From an uncultured Thermoleophilia bacterium (GTDB lineage: Bacteria > Actinomycetota > Thermoleophilia > UBA2241): DNA of 64,000 nucleotides. Positions 29,126 through 39,073 of this stretch are shown one piece after another. Where the stretch lies: contig CAVPCT010000003.1 in the NCBI GenBank assembly GCA_963702475.1, forward strand, positions 576,001 through 640,000, written 5' to 3'. The translations under genes and the position numbers were made by a program. The stretch's first letter is position 1. Each line of letters starts with the position of its first letter. Below the pieces are notes generated by a model. That model did not search any database, was not told the DNA's origin, and saw only the letters and a program-made list of their open reading frames with translations.

Positions 29126-30226
29126 TCACCCGCGCGCCAGCCGCGCCGCGGCCAGCTCGACGTACTCCGCGGCCAGGTCGACGCCGAGTGCCCGCCGCCC
29201 GAGGTGGCAGGCGACGACGAGGGCCGTGCCGGTGCCGCAGAACGGGTCGAGGACGACGCCGCCGGGCGGGCAGGTGGCGAGGACTGGGATACGGCACAGG
29301 TCGGCAGGAAACGGCGCGAAGTGGCCGGTCGCGGCCCTGGGTGTCCTCCGGCAGGATGTCCCACACGTCGCCGGGCTTGGCGCCGCCGGGATGGTACCGC
29401 AGCAGGCAGAAGCCGCGGTCATGCAACTCGCGGGCGCGGCCCGATACGGCCGTGACGTCGGAGTGCGTCGCGCGCTGCGCCCCGCGAAGCACCATGCGGA
29501 AGTCGGCCAGGCGGCCCTCGCGGACGTCGTCCAGGGCCGCCTCGATGGCCGCCTGGGCGGCCCGCTTCTCCTCGTCCGTGAGCGCCGTGGACAGCTCGAT
29601 CTGCCGTCGGTAGCGGACGCCGCGCACGCCGGTGGCCGAGACCACGGCGCCGTTTTCGACGCGCGCCCGCACGCGGCGTCGAGCGCACGGCATCGGCGTC
29701 GTAGTAGTAGTTCTTCGGCTGCATGACGAAGTGGAACAGCAGCTCGTGGACGTTCCGCAGGCGGTCGCGGCTGGTGTCGGGCCCGCCCTTGACCTTGTGC
29801 CAGACCACGCTGTTGCGCAGGGTCCAGCCCTGGTCGTCGGCGAGGCGGAAGGCCACGCGCCAGGGCATGCCGAGCTGGCGCTTGCCGCGGTACGTGTCAC
29901 CGAGGTTGAGCCAGAAGGAGCCGGACGGGTTGAGGACCCGGCGCAGCTCTGCTGCCATCGCGGCGAGCCCGTCCACGTAGTCCTGCCAGCGAGGTTCGGC
30001 GCCCAACCCGCCGCCGGCGTAGCGGCGGTGCCCGTAGTAGGGCGGGCTGGTCAGGCAGCAGTCTACGCAAGCGGAAGGGAGCTCGCGAAGGACGGCGAGC
30101 GCGTCGCCGCGCACGAGCAGCGCGCCGGGAGCTGTGGCCTGCAAAGTGGGCGGCGACGCGGACCGCCAGGTCCGGCGCGTCGCCGTCCAGCAGCTCCACC
30201 CCGGGGGCCGGCGCGCCCGGGCTCAC
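29126..30226 (-). pseudogene. site-specific DNA methyltransferase (N4/N6, beta class), about 3 frameshifts
   Basis: GDAL..L, TSPPY, WLNLGDTY, VWHK, GDVWDI, HFAPFP..L, VLDPFCGTGT spread across frames with shifts near 30150, 29680 and 29335. Confidence 0.8.
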
Positions 30227-31245
30227 CCCAGGACGCGCCGGTAGATCGCCTCGTAGTCGGCGACCATGCGCTGCACCGTGAAGCGCTCCTCCACGGTGCG
30301 GCGGCAGACGGCCGGGTCGATCTGCCCGACCCGGCCCACCGCCGCCACGAAGCTCTCGAGATCGTCCACCACGAACCCGGTGACGCCGTCGTCGACGACC
30401 TCGGGCACGGAGCCCTGGCGCATGGCCACGACCGGCGTGCCGCAGGCCATGGCCTCGATCATCACCAGCCCGAACGGCTCCGGCCAGGTGATGGGGAAGA
30501 GGAACGCGTGCGCGTGCGCGAACAGCTCGCGTTTACGCTCGTCGGAGACCTCGCCCTCGTACACGATCTGCTCCCCGTCGATGAGCGGCGCGACCTGTGT
30601 CTCGAAATACTCCCGGTACTGGTCTTGCAGCACGCCGGCCATGATGAGCCGGCGCCCCAGCCGTTTCGCCGCTGCGATGCTGTGGTGGAACCCTTTGGCC
30701 TCGCACACCCGGCCGAAGGCCAGCAGGTAGTCGTCCTTCTCGGGGGTGTACGGCCACTGCTCCACGGCGATGGCGTTGTAGGCCAGGCCGGCCCAGCGCA
30801 TACCGGGCGGCCCCATGGTGCGCTGGTACTCGCTGATGCCGACGTAGGCCACCTCGGTCTTGAACTGTTCGTAGAATCCGTATGCGGTCGTGTCGAAGGC
30901 GCAGTGCACCGTGTGCACCACGGGGGGCGCGAGGTAGCGGCTGAAGGCGATGCCGAGGAAGCCCGAGTGGTCGTGGACGATGTCGAACGGCTGCTGTTCG
31001 ATGTCGCCGAAGGCGAACGAGACGTGACGGGCGTCGAAGGCGGTCTGGCCCATGACCTCGGGCATCTGGCGGGGGAACAGGGCGCACAGCTCCGCGGCCG
31101 TGTGTGAGTCGCCGGTGGCGTACAGCACGACGTCGTGTCCGCCGGCGGTGAGGCCGTCGCAGAGTTGCTGGACGACCCACTCCGTGCCGCCGTAGCCGGC
31201 AGGCGGGACGGCGATCCAGGGGGGTGCGAGCTGGGCGATGCGCAT
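30223..31245 (-). CDS. GT4 family glycosyltransferase
   Basis: MRIAQLAPPW..VPP..YGGTE, GRVCEAKG, WPEPFGLVMIEAMACGTPV. Confidence 0.93.
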   Translation of the reverse strand: MRIAQLAPPWIAVPPAGYGGTEWVVQQLCDGLTAGGHDVVLYATGDSHTAAELCALFPRQMPEVMGQTAFDARHVSFAFGDIEQQPFDIVHDHSGFLGIAFSRYLAPPVVHTVHCAFDTTAYGFYEQFKTEVAYVGISEYQRTMGPPGMRWAGLAYNAIAVEQWPYTPEKDDYLLAFGRVCEAKGFHHSIAAAKRLGRRLIMAGVLQDQYREYFETQVAPLIDGEQIVYEGEVSDERKRELFAHAHAFLFPITWPEPFGLVMIEAMACGTPVVAMRQGSVPEVVDDGVTGFVVDDLESFVAAVGRVGQIDPAVCRRTVEERFTVQRMVADYEAIYRRVLG

Positions 31246-31251
31246 GGCGGC

Positions 31252-31327
31252 ATTCTACAGGAGGAGCGCCCGTGTGCCGATGACGGCGGCGGAGGGGTGT
31301 CCGGACTGCGACGGCGGAGGGTAGAGT
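31252..31327. promoter_or_regulatory. divergent leaderless -10 elements
   Basis: TAGAAT on minus strand (31257-31252) 6 nt before GT4 ATG; TAGAGT on plus strand (31322-31327) 7 nt before larC ATG. Confidence 0.55.
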
Positions 31328-31334
31328 GTCGGCG

Positions 31335-32570
31335 ATGATCCTGTACCTTGACTGTGCGAGCGGTATCAGCGGGGACATGCTGGCGGCGGCGCTCCTGGCG
31401 CTGCTCGGGGCGCGCCCCGACGACCCCGCGCCCCTCGACGACGTGGTGCGCCCGGCGCTGGCCGCGGCCGGCGTCGACCCGCGCCTCGTCTCCCTCGGAG
31501 GCGTGCGGCGCGGCGGGCTGGCGGCGCTCGCCTTCAAGGTGTCCCACGAGCCCGGCTTCGCCACCTTCGACGAGCTCATCCTGTCGGTGTACGCGTCAGA
31601 CCTCGACCAGGACGTCGCCGATGCTGTCGCGGCCATGGCCGAGCGCATGGCCGCCGCCGAGGCCGAGGTGCACGGCCGCGACGAGGAGCACCTGCACGAG
31701 CTCAGCGACGTGGACACGGCCGTGGACCTCATCGCCGCGGCCGTGCTGCTCAAGACGCTGGCGCCGGAGCGCATCGTGGCGTCGCCGCCGGCGCTGGGCT
31801 CCGGCTTCGTCGACACGGCGCACGGCCGGCTGAGCGTGCCGGCTCCGGCCGTGCTCTCGCTGCTCGCCGGGCTGCCGACCGCCGGCGAGGCCCCGCTACC
31901 CGGCGGCGAACCGTCGGGCGAGCTCACCACGCCCACCGGCGCCGCTCTGCTCGCCCACTATGCGGCCGAGTTCGGCGGCATGCCGGCCGGCCGCATCGAG
32001 CTCACCGGCTACGGCGCCGGCCGCCGCGAGGTGCCCGGCCGACCCAATGTGTTGCGCGCCGTGCTCGTCGACCCGTCGGCGGCCGCGCCGGCGGACGAGG
32101 CCGCGCCTGCCGGCCACGGCGCCGGCGACCACGTACTGCTCGAGTGCACCGTCGACGACCAGAGCGCCGAGCTGCTCGCCCACGCCGCCGAGGCGCTGCG
32201 TGAGGCCGGCGCCGTGGACGTGTGGATGACCCAGGCCTTCATGAAAAAGGGTCGCGTCGGCACCGTGCTGCACGTCCTGGCGGCCGCCGCGGACAGAGAG
32301 CGCCTCGCCACTGTCGTCTTCACCGAAACGTCCACCTTCGGCCTTCGCGTTGTGCCATGCGGGCGCATGTATGCCGAGGAGCGTAGCGAAGAGGTCAAGA
32401 TCGGCAAGCTGCGCGTCGGGGTCCGGCTCAGCTTCGTAGACGGCAGACTGGCCAGCGTGTCGCCTGAGTACGAGGACGTACGCCGGGTGGCGGCGGCCGT
32501 CGAACGCCCGGCGCGGGTGGTCTACGAGGCCGCGCAGGCGGCCGCGCGGGCGCAGTTCAGCGGCTCCTGA
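31335..32570 (+). CDS. larC: nickel pincer cofactor biosynthesis protein LarC
   Basis: YLDCASGISGDM, AEAEVHG..HLHE, TAHG.L.VPAPA, ELTTPTGAA, MKKGR, ETSTFGLR, PEYED. Confidence 0.9.
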   Translation: MILYLDCASGISGDMLAAALLALLGARPDDPAPLDDVVRPALAAAGVDPRLVSLGGVRRGGLAALAFKVSHEPGFATFDELILSVYASDLDQDVADAVAAMAERMAAAEAEVHGRDEEHLHELSDVDTAVDLIAAAVLLKTLAPERIVASPPALGSGFVDTAHGRLSVPAPAVLSLLAGLPTAGEAPLPGGEPSGELTTPTGAALLAHYAAEFGGMPAGRIELTGYGAGRREVPGRPNVLRAVLVDPSAAAPADEAAPAGHGAGDHVLLECTVDDQSAELLAHAAEALREAGAVDVWMTQAFMKKGRVGTVLHVLAAAADRERLATVVFTETSTFGLRVVPCGRMYAEERSEEVKIGKLRVGVRLSFVDGRLASVSPEYEDVRRVAAAVERPARVVYEAAQAAARAQFSGS

Positions 32571-32661
32571 CGCACCGCGCGCGGTGCCCGGCCGGGAACG
32601 CCGCGGCGTCCTCCGCTTCGTCCCGGCTTCGGCGCGTCGCTCCCCACGCGCGTTTTGACAA

Positions 32662-32690
32662 TTGCTCGCGCTTGTTCGCACTTGTACAAT
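32662..32690 (+). promoter_or_regulatory. promoter of fhs operon
   Basis: TTGCTC-N17-TACAAT in an AT-rich patch (a TTGACA also lies at 32655). Confidence 0.55.
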
Positions 32691-32779
32691 CTCCGCGCTA
32701 GGAGCCGCATCGTCGTGCAGCCCGACACGGGCCGCCGCAGATGCTTCGAGCGTGGGATCGAAGCCAAAAGGAGGACGCG

Positions 32780-34486
32780 TTGAGTATCGACCGCAAGTCC
32801 CCGGTGCCGAGCGACATCGAGATCGCCCAGGCAGCCACCATGCAGCCCATCCAGGCCATCGCCGAGAAGGCAGGCATCCTGGAGGACGAACTCGAGTTGT
32901 ACGGCAAGTACAAGGCGAAGATCGACTACATGGCCGTTCTGGAGCGCCTCAAGGACAAGCCGGACGGCAAGATCATCAACGTCACCGCCATCACGCCGAC
33001 GCCGCTCGGCGAGGGCAAGACCGTGACGGCCGTCGGCCTCTCCGAGAGCATGAACGCCATCGACATCGACACGATGCTGGTGCTCCGCGAGCCGTCCCTC
33101 GGCCCGGTGTTCGGCATCAAGGGCGGCGCGGCCGGTGGCGGCTACTCGCAGCTCCTCCCCATGGAGGACCTCAACCTCCACTTCACCGGCGACATCCACG
33201 CCGTCGGCGCGGCCAACAACCTGCTCGCCGCGATGGTCGACAGCCACCTCATGCACGGCAACGAGCTGGAGATCGACCCGCTGACCATCTCGTGGCGTCG
33301 CGTCGTCGACCTCAACGACCGCGCCATGCGCGAGATCGTCAACGGCCTCGGCGGCAAGCTCAACGGCGTGCCGCGCCAGACCGGCTACGACATCACCGTC
33401 GCCTCCGAGGTCATGGCCATCCTCGGCCTCGCCACCTCGCTCGCCGACCTGCGCAAGCGCCTCGGCCGCATCACCTTCGGCTACAACACGTCGGGCCAGC
33501 CGCTCACGGCCGACGACATCGGCGCCGGCGGCGCCATGACGGTGCTCATGAAGGACGCCCTCAAGCCGAACCTCATGCAGACCCTCGAGGGCAACGCGGC
33601 GCTCATCCACGCCGGCCCGTTCGCCAACATCGCCCAGGGCAACAACTCCATCATCGCCGACAAGGTCGGTATGAAGCTGTCCGACTACATCGTCACGGAG
33701 AGCGGCTTTGCCGCCGATCTGGGCTCCGAGAAGTTCATGGACATCATCTGCCGCTACGGCGGCTTCGAGCCCAGCGCCGTGGTCATCACCTGCACCATGC
33801 GCGCCCTCAAGATGCACGGCGGCCTGCCGGTGGATCCCGAGCTGCTCAAGGCCGAGAACAACGAGGCCCTCACCAAGGGCTGCGAGAACCTCGCCAAGCA
33901 GATCGAGAACATGAAGTACTTCGGTGTGCCGGTCGTGGTGACGATCAACCGGTTCGCTTTCGACCGCGACACCGAGGTCGAGATCGTGCGCAAGGAGGCC
34001 GTGGCGGCCGGCGCCGAGGACGCCGTGCCGATCAACGTGCACGCGCTGGGCGGCGACGGTGGCCAGGAGGCGGCGGAGGTCGTCAAGGCCGCGGCCGACA
34101 AGGGCGGCAAGTTCCAGTTCCTGTACCCGCTCGAGGCCTCCATCAAGGAGAAGATCGAGACCATCGCCACCAAGATCTACGGCGCCGACGGCGTGGACTA
34201 CCTGCCGGAGGCCGAGGCCAAGATCAAGAAGTTCACGGAGCAGGGCCTCGACAAGCTGCCGCTGTGCATGGCCAAGACGCACCTCTCGCTGAGCCACGAC
34301 CCGGCGCTCAAGGGCCGGCCGCGCGGCTTCCGCGTGCCGATCCGCGACATCCGTCCGGCCACCGGCGCCGGGTACCTGTACCCGCTCCTCGGCGAGATGC
34401 GCACCATGCCCGGCCTGTCCAAGCGGCCGGCCGCCGTCGACGTCGATATCGACGTCGAGACCGGCCGTATCATCGGCCTGTTCTGA
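32780..34486 (+). CDS. fhs: formate--tetrahydrofolate ligase
   Basis: TAITPTPLGEGKT, REPSLGP.FGIKGGAAGGGYSQ, HAGPFANIA, CMAKT, TMPGL; TTG start after AAGGAGG. Confidence 0.97.
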   Translation: MSIDRKSPVPSDIEIAQAATMQPIQAIAEKAGILEDELELYGKYKAKIDYMAVLERLKDKPDGKIINVTAITPTPLGEGKTVTAVGLSESMNAIDIDTMLVLREPSLGPVFGIKGGAAGGGYSQLLPMEDLNLHFTGDIHAVGAANNLLAAMVDSHLMHGNELEIDPLTISWRRVVDLNDRAMREIVNGLGGKLNGVPRQTGYDITVASEVMAILGLATSLADLRKRLGRITFGYNTSGQPLTADDIGAGGAMTVLMKDALKPNLMQTLEGNAALIHAGPFANIAQGNNSIIADKVGMKLSDYIVTESGFAADLGSEKFMDIICRYGGFEPSAVVITCTMRALKMHGGLPVDPELLKAENNEALTKGCENLAKQIENMKYFGVPVVVTINRFAFDRDTEVEIVRKEAVAAGAEDAVPINVHALGGDGGQEAAEVVKAAADKGGKFQFLYPLEASIKEKIETIATKIYGADGVDYLPEAEAKIKKFTEQGLDKLPLCMAKTHLSLSHDPALKGRPRGFRVPIRDIRPATGAGYLYPLLGEMRTMPGLSKRPAAVDVDIDVETGRIIGLF

Positions 34487-34510
34487 GAACCTGATCGGCG
34501 GGTGATGCCC

Positions 34511-34543
34511 CGGGGCGGGCCCGGCTTCGGCCGGCCCGCCCCG
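34511..34543 (+). other. intra-operon GC hairpin after fhs
   Basis: CGGGGCGGGC...GCCCGCCCCG inverted repeat with TTCG loop. Confidence 0.45.
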
Positions 34544-34620
34544 CGGCGCCGCCGGGGACGGCCGCGGCGCGGCCTTCGCCGGCGCCGCCGCACCGCACCC
34601 GCCCCACCCGGAGGTACACG

Positions 34621-35262
34621 GTGAGCGACGGTCCCACCATCTACGCGTCCGAACCACTGCAGACCTACCTGGACCACGCCGCCAGCAACCGCCCGGCGCC
34701 CGGCGGCGGCAGTGTCTCGGCCTGCGTCGGCGCCCTTGGCGCGGCGCTCGTCTCCATGGTGTGCAACCTCACGCTCGGCAAGGAGAAGTTCGCCGACGTC
34801 GAGGCCGACATCCAGAAGGTCGTCGAGGGCACCGAGTCCTGCCGGGCGCGCCTTGAGAAGCTGCTGCAGGAGGACACCACGGCCTACAGCGGCGTCATCC
34901 AGGCATACAAGCTCCCCAAGGAGACCGACGAGGAGCAGAGGGCGCGCAAGGCGGCCGTGCAGGCCGGCCTCATCATCGCCGCCAACGTCCCGCTCGACAT
35001 CTGCAGGGTCGCCGTGGAGGTCTGCCGCTGGTCGAAGACCGCGGCCGAGCTCGGCAACCCCGGCGCCGTGACCGACGCCGGCATCGGCGCCATCCTGGGT
35101 GAGGCCGCCGTGGTGGGCGGCGCGCTCAACGTGAAGATCAACCTCGGCTCCATCGAGGACTGCGACTACGTCGAGACCGCCCAGAAGGCCATCGACGAGA
35201 TGCAGGCGGAGGCCAAGGCCCTGCGCGAAGAGGTGCTGGCCATCACGCTCGCCAAGCTCTGA
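34621..35262 (+). CDS. fchA: cyclodeaminase/cyclohydrolase family (methenyl-THF cyclohydrolase FchA-like)
   Basis: PAPGGGSVSA..GALGAAL..MV.NLT, D..AY, GNP.AVTD, NVKINL. Confidence 0.88.
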   Translation: MSDGPTIYASEPLQTYLDHAASNRPAPGGGSVSACVGALGAALVSMVCNLTLGKEKFADVEADIQKVVEGTESCRARLEKLLQEDTTAYSGVIQAYKLPKETDEEQRARKAAVQAGLIIAANVPLDICRVAVEVCRWSKTAAELGNPGAVTDAGIGAILGEAAVVGGALNVKINLGSIEDCDYVETAQKAIDEMQAEAKALREEVLAITLAKL

Positions 35263-35290
35263 TCAACCACCCACACACGAGAGGGAAGCC

Positions 35291-36157
35291 ATGGCAGCTC
35301 AGATCATCGACGGCAAGGCCATCGCCGCGCAGATCCGCGAGGAGATCAGGGCCGAGGTCGCCAGACTGGCCACCTGCGGCGTGAAGCCCGGCGTCGCCAC
35401 CATCCTGGTCGGCGAGGACGGCGGCGCGCAGTTCTACCGCGGCCAGATCGAGAAGAACACCGGCGACGTGGGGTTCAACTACTTCAACCACACCCTGCCG
35501 GCCGGCGCGAGTGAGGCCGAGATCCTCGACCTCATCGCCAAGCTCAACGCCGACGAGGCGGTGCACGGCATCCTCGCGCTCCAGCCGATGGCGGCCGAGA
35601 TCGACCAGACCACCGTGTTCAACGCCATCGCCCCGGTCAAGGACCTGGACTGTGTGAACCCGGCCAACATCGGCCACGTGCTGCTCGGCGACCAGCTCTT
35701 CGCGCCGGCCACGCCGAGCGCGTGCATCGAGATCCTCGACCGCGAGGGCGTGGAGCTGTGCCCCGACGGCAAGGCCCTCAACGTGACCATCGTCAACCAC
35801 TCGAACATCGTCGGGAAGCCGGTGGCCCTGCTCTGCCTCAACCGCAACGCCTCCGTGCACGTGGTGCACGTGTTCACCAGGGACGTCCCGGCCGCCTGCC
35901 GCGAGGCCGACGTGCTCATCTGCGCCGCCCCCGTGCAGAACCTCATCAAGGGCGACATGGTCAAGCCGGGCGCGGTCGTCATCGACGTGACGACCATCCG
36001 CGTGGAGGGCAAGCAGGTCGGCTCGCTCGACTGGGACGCCGTGTGCGAGGTCGCCGGCAAGGCCACTCCTGTGCCGGGCGGCGTCGGCCCTGTGACCAAC
36101 GTCATCCTGCTGCAGAACGCCATCAAGGCCTGCAAGGCCCAGACGGGCGTCAAATAG
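35291..36157 (+). CDS. folD: methylene-THF dehydrogenase/cyclohydrolase
   Basis: IIDGKAIA, VHGIL, KDLD, PATP, SNIVGKP, TPVPGGVGPVT; TAG stop. Confidence 0.93.
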   Translation: MAAQIIDGKAIAAQIREEIRAEVARLATCGVKPGVATILVGEDGGAQFYRGQIEKNTGDVGFNYFNHTLPAGASEAEILDLIAKLNADEAVHGILALQPMAAEIDQTTVFNAIAPVKDLDCVNPANIGHVLLGDQLFAPATPSACIEILDREGVELCPDGKALNVTIVNHSNIVGKPVALLCLNRNASVHVVHVFTRDVPAACREADVLICAAPVQNLIKGDMVKPGAVVIDVTTIRVEGKQVGSLDWDAVCEVAGKATPVPGGVGPVTNVILLQNAIKACKAQTGVK

Positions 36158-36270
36158 GGACGCGGACGAGCGTCCACGGCCCGCGGCGTACGGCTTCGAA
36201 AGGAGCGCGCCGCGGGCCGCGACGTGGTTCAATAGTGGCCCACCCAGCAACGCGACACGGAGTACAGCCC

Positions 36271-36828
36271 ATGCCCGCTCCAAGCGACCCGGTCGCAGCC
36301 GGCGAGGTCCAGCCGGGCTGCGACCTCGAGAAGGTCGCCCTCATCGTCGAAGAGGGCGGCGCGCACGGAAACCTCATCGCGCTCCTGCAGCGCACGCAGA
36401 ACGAGTTCGGGTACGTGCCTGAGGACGCGGTCAGGGAGATCTCGCGCCTCACGCGCGTGCCGACGTCGCGCATCTACGGCATCCTCACCTTCTACGCGCA
36501 GTTCTCCACCGTGCCCAGCGGCCGGCACAAGATCTTCGTGTGCCACGGCACGGCCTGCCACGTGGCAGGCGCCCCGCGCCTGACGCAGGCCCTCGCGGAG
36601 GAGCTGGGCGTGGCCGACGGCGAGTCCACGCCGGACATGGAGTTCAAGCTCGACTCGGTGGCCTGCATGGGCGCCTGCTCGCAGGCGCCGGTCATGCGCA
36701 TCGACGAGGAGACGTTCGGCAACCTCACGGCCGACAAGACGCGTGCGGCCATCCGCACGCTCATCAAGGACTACGGCCTCGAGGAGAACTACGCCACGTC
36801 CGTTGCGGGGGGTGACGGCGATGACTGA
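36271..36828 (+). CDS. NuoE/HydC-like [2Fe-2S] subunit
   Basis: LIALLQ..Q..FGY, TFYAQF, CHGTAC, CMGAC. Confidence 0.92.
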   Translation: MPAPSDPVAAGEVQPGCDLEKVALIVEEGGAHGNLIALLQRTQNEFGYVPEDAVREISRLTRVPTSRIYGILTFYAQFSTVPSGRHKIFVCHGTACHVAGAPRLTQALAEELGVADGESTPDMEFKLDSVACMGACSQAPVMRIDEETFGNLTADKTRAAIRTLIKDYGLEENYATSVAGGDGDD

Positions 36829-38729
36829 CGCCGGCGGCGTCAAGGTCGGCGTCTCGGCCGGCGGCAACGGCAAGACGCGCGTGTCGGTGTGCGCCGGCAC
36901 CGCCTGTGTGTTCGCCGGCTCCATGAAGGTCCGCGACGCCTTCGATGAGGAGGTGGCGGCCGCCGGCCTGCACGACACGGTGGAGGTCCGGATCATCGGC
37001 TGCCACGGTCTCTGTTCCCAGGGTCCGCTCGCCGTGGTCTCCGGCGGGGACACGTACTACCCCCGCCTCAAGGTCAAAGACGTCAAGACGGTGGTCGAGC
37101 AGCACCTGGCCGGCGGAGAGGTCGTCGAGAAGCTCCTCTACGTGGACCCGAGCACAGGCGAGCGTATCGCCTGCGCCCACGACATCCCGTTCTACAAGGG
37201 GCAGACCCGAATCGCCCTTCGTGACGTGGGTGTCATCGACCCCGAGCAGATCGACGAGTACCTCGCGCGCGGCGGCTACGAGGCCGCGCGCAAGGCGCTC
37301 ACCGCCATGCAGCCCGACGAGATCGTGGAAGAGGTCCTCGCCTCCGGCCTGCGCGGCCGCGGCGGCGCCGGCTTTCCGACCGGCCAGAAGTGGCGCTTCG
37401 CGCGCAGCTCGCCGGGAGACGTCAAGTACGTGATCTGCAACGGCGACGAGGGCGACCCCGGCGCGTTCATGGACGCCTCCATCATGGACGGCGACCCGCA
37501 CGCCGTGCTCGAGGGCATGCTCATCGCCTCCTACGCGATCGGCGCGCGTGAAGGCTTCATCTACGTGCGCGCTGAGTATCCGCTGGCCGTCAAACGCCTG
37601 CGCCTGGCCATCGCAGACGCCGAGGAACGCGGCTACCTCGGTGACGACATCTTCGGCAGCGGCTGGGACTTCCACCTCAAGATCAAGGAAGGCGCCGGCG
37701 CCTTCGTGTGCGGCGAGGAGACCGCGCTCATCGCCAGCATCATGGGCGAGCGCGGCATGCCGCGAAAGCGCCCGCCGTTCCCGGCCGTCTCCGGCCTCTG
37801 GGGCAAGCCCACCAACATCAACAACGTCGAGACCTTACGCCTCGGTGCCGTGGATCATCGCCCACGGGGCGGCCGAGTACGCCGCCGTCGGCTCCGAGTC
37901 GTGCAAGGGCACCAAGGCGTTCAGCCTGGCCGGCAAGATCGTCAACGGCGGTCTCGCCGAGGTGCCCATGGGCTCCACCCTGCGGCACGTCATCTTCGAG
38001 GTCGGCGGCGGCATCAAGGACGGTCGCGAGTTCAAGGCCGTCCAGCTCGGCGGCCCCTCCGGTGGCTGCGTACCGGCCGCCCTGCTCGACACGCCGGTCG
38101 ACTACGAGAGCCTCAACGCGACCGGCGCCATCATGGGCTCCGGCGGCATGGTCGTCGCCGACGACCAGACCTGTATGGTCGACCTGGCCAAGTACTTCCT
38201 GCAGTTCACGCAGAACGAGAGCTGCGGCAAGTGCGTGCCCTGCCGCCTGGGCACCAAGCGCATGCTCGAGATCCTCGAGCGCATCACCGCCGGCAACGGC
38301 CGGCACAGCGACATCGAGACGCTCGAGAGCCTGGCGCTGTCGGTCAAGAAGACGAGCCTGTGCGGGCTCGGCCAGACGGCGCCCAACCCGGTGCTCACCA
38401 CGTTGCGCTACTTCCGTGACGAGTACGAGGCGCACATCGACGGGCAGGAGTGTCCCGCGCACGCCTGCACGGCCCTCATCGCGTACACCATCGACGCCGA
38501 CGCCTGCACCGGCTGCATGCTGTGTGCCAAGAAGTGCCCCACCGGGGCGGCGCGCGGCCCCAAGAAGCTCACGCACGTCATCGACCAGGAGACGTGCATC
38601 AAGTGCGACGCCTGCAGCGCCGCGTGCAAGTTCGACGCCGTGAAGATCGTGAGCGGCCCCGAGGAGATCGCCGTCGCCGTCGCTGCCCAGCGCGAGGGCC
38701 ACGAGGCTGCGAAGGCGAAGAAGCGCTGA
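36821..38729 (+). CDS. NuoF/HydB-like NADH-binding flavo-FeS subunit; +1 frameshift at about 37835
   Basis: [52 protein letters not shown] then shift to [21 protein letters not shown], two C-terminal CxxCxxCxxxC. Confidence 0.9.
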
Positions 38730-38910
38730 CGCGCCCCGCCTGGCGGCCGCCGGCGGGAAGCGCGTCTGAGCGCCGGGGCCGGCCGGTCGCGCCGCGCCCG
38801 GGCGCCGTCCGCCGCGCCGGTCTTGCTGCGGTGACAGCGCCACGGCGGGAGGCCCTTCCGGCCTCCCGCCGCGGCGCTCTTTCGTGCGCAGTGACTTGCG
38901 CGCGATCCCG

Positions 38911-38981
38911 TTCACAAGCCGTACCCGCTGCGGTATCGTATGATGGCACGCGTGTTGGTTGGTCAGCTAACTAACTCGCGT
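38911..38981 (+). promoter_or_regulatory. promoter and operator-like inverted repeat upstream of truncated APC gene
   Basis: TTCACA(38911)-N17-TATCGT(38934); imperfect palindrome ACGCGTGTTGGTTGG-TCAG-CTAACTAACTCGCGT (38948-38981). Confidence 0.5.
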
Positions 38982-39073
38982 GTCGCGACCGTTCTGGGAA
39001 CGAGGTCACGCGTCGCCGGCACACACGGTCTCCGTGCAGTCCGTGCCGGGCCGACGCTTCGGGGGAGCCCCCC

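Noticed and set aside
32691-32779. ZTP or THF riboswitch in the fhs leader
   Set aside because: Lacks the GACTGGCG/CGCCTGGG or THF consensus elements; only a small hairpin GCTTCGA...TCGAAGC
37825-37845. Programmed ribosomal frameshift in hydB
   Set aside because: No slippery heptamer or stimulatory structure; a simple one-base insertion explains it
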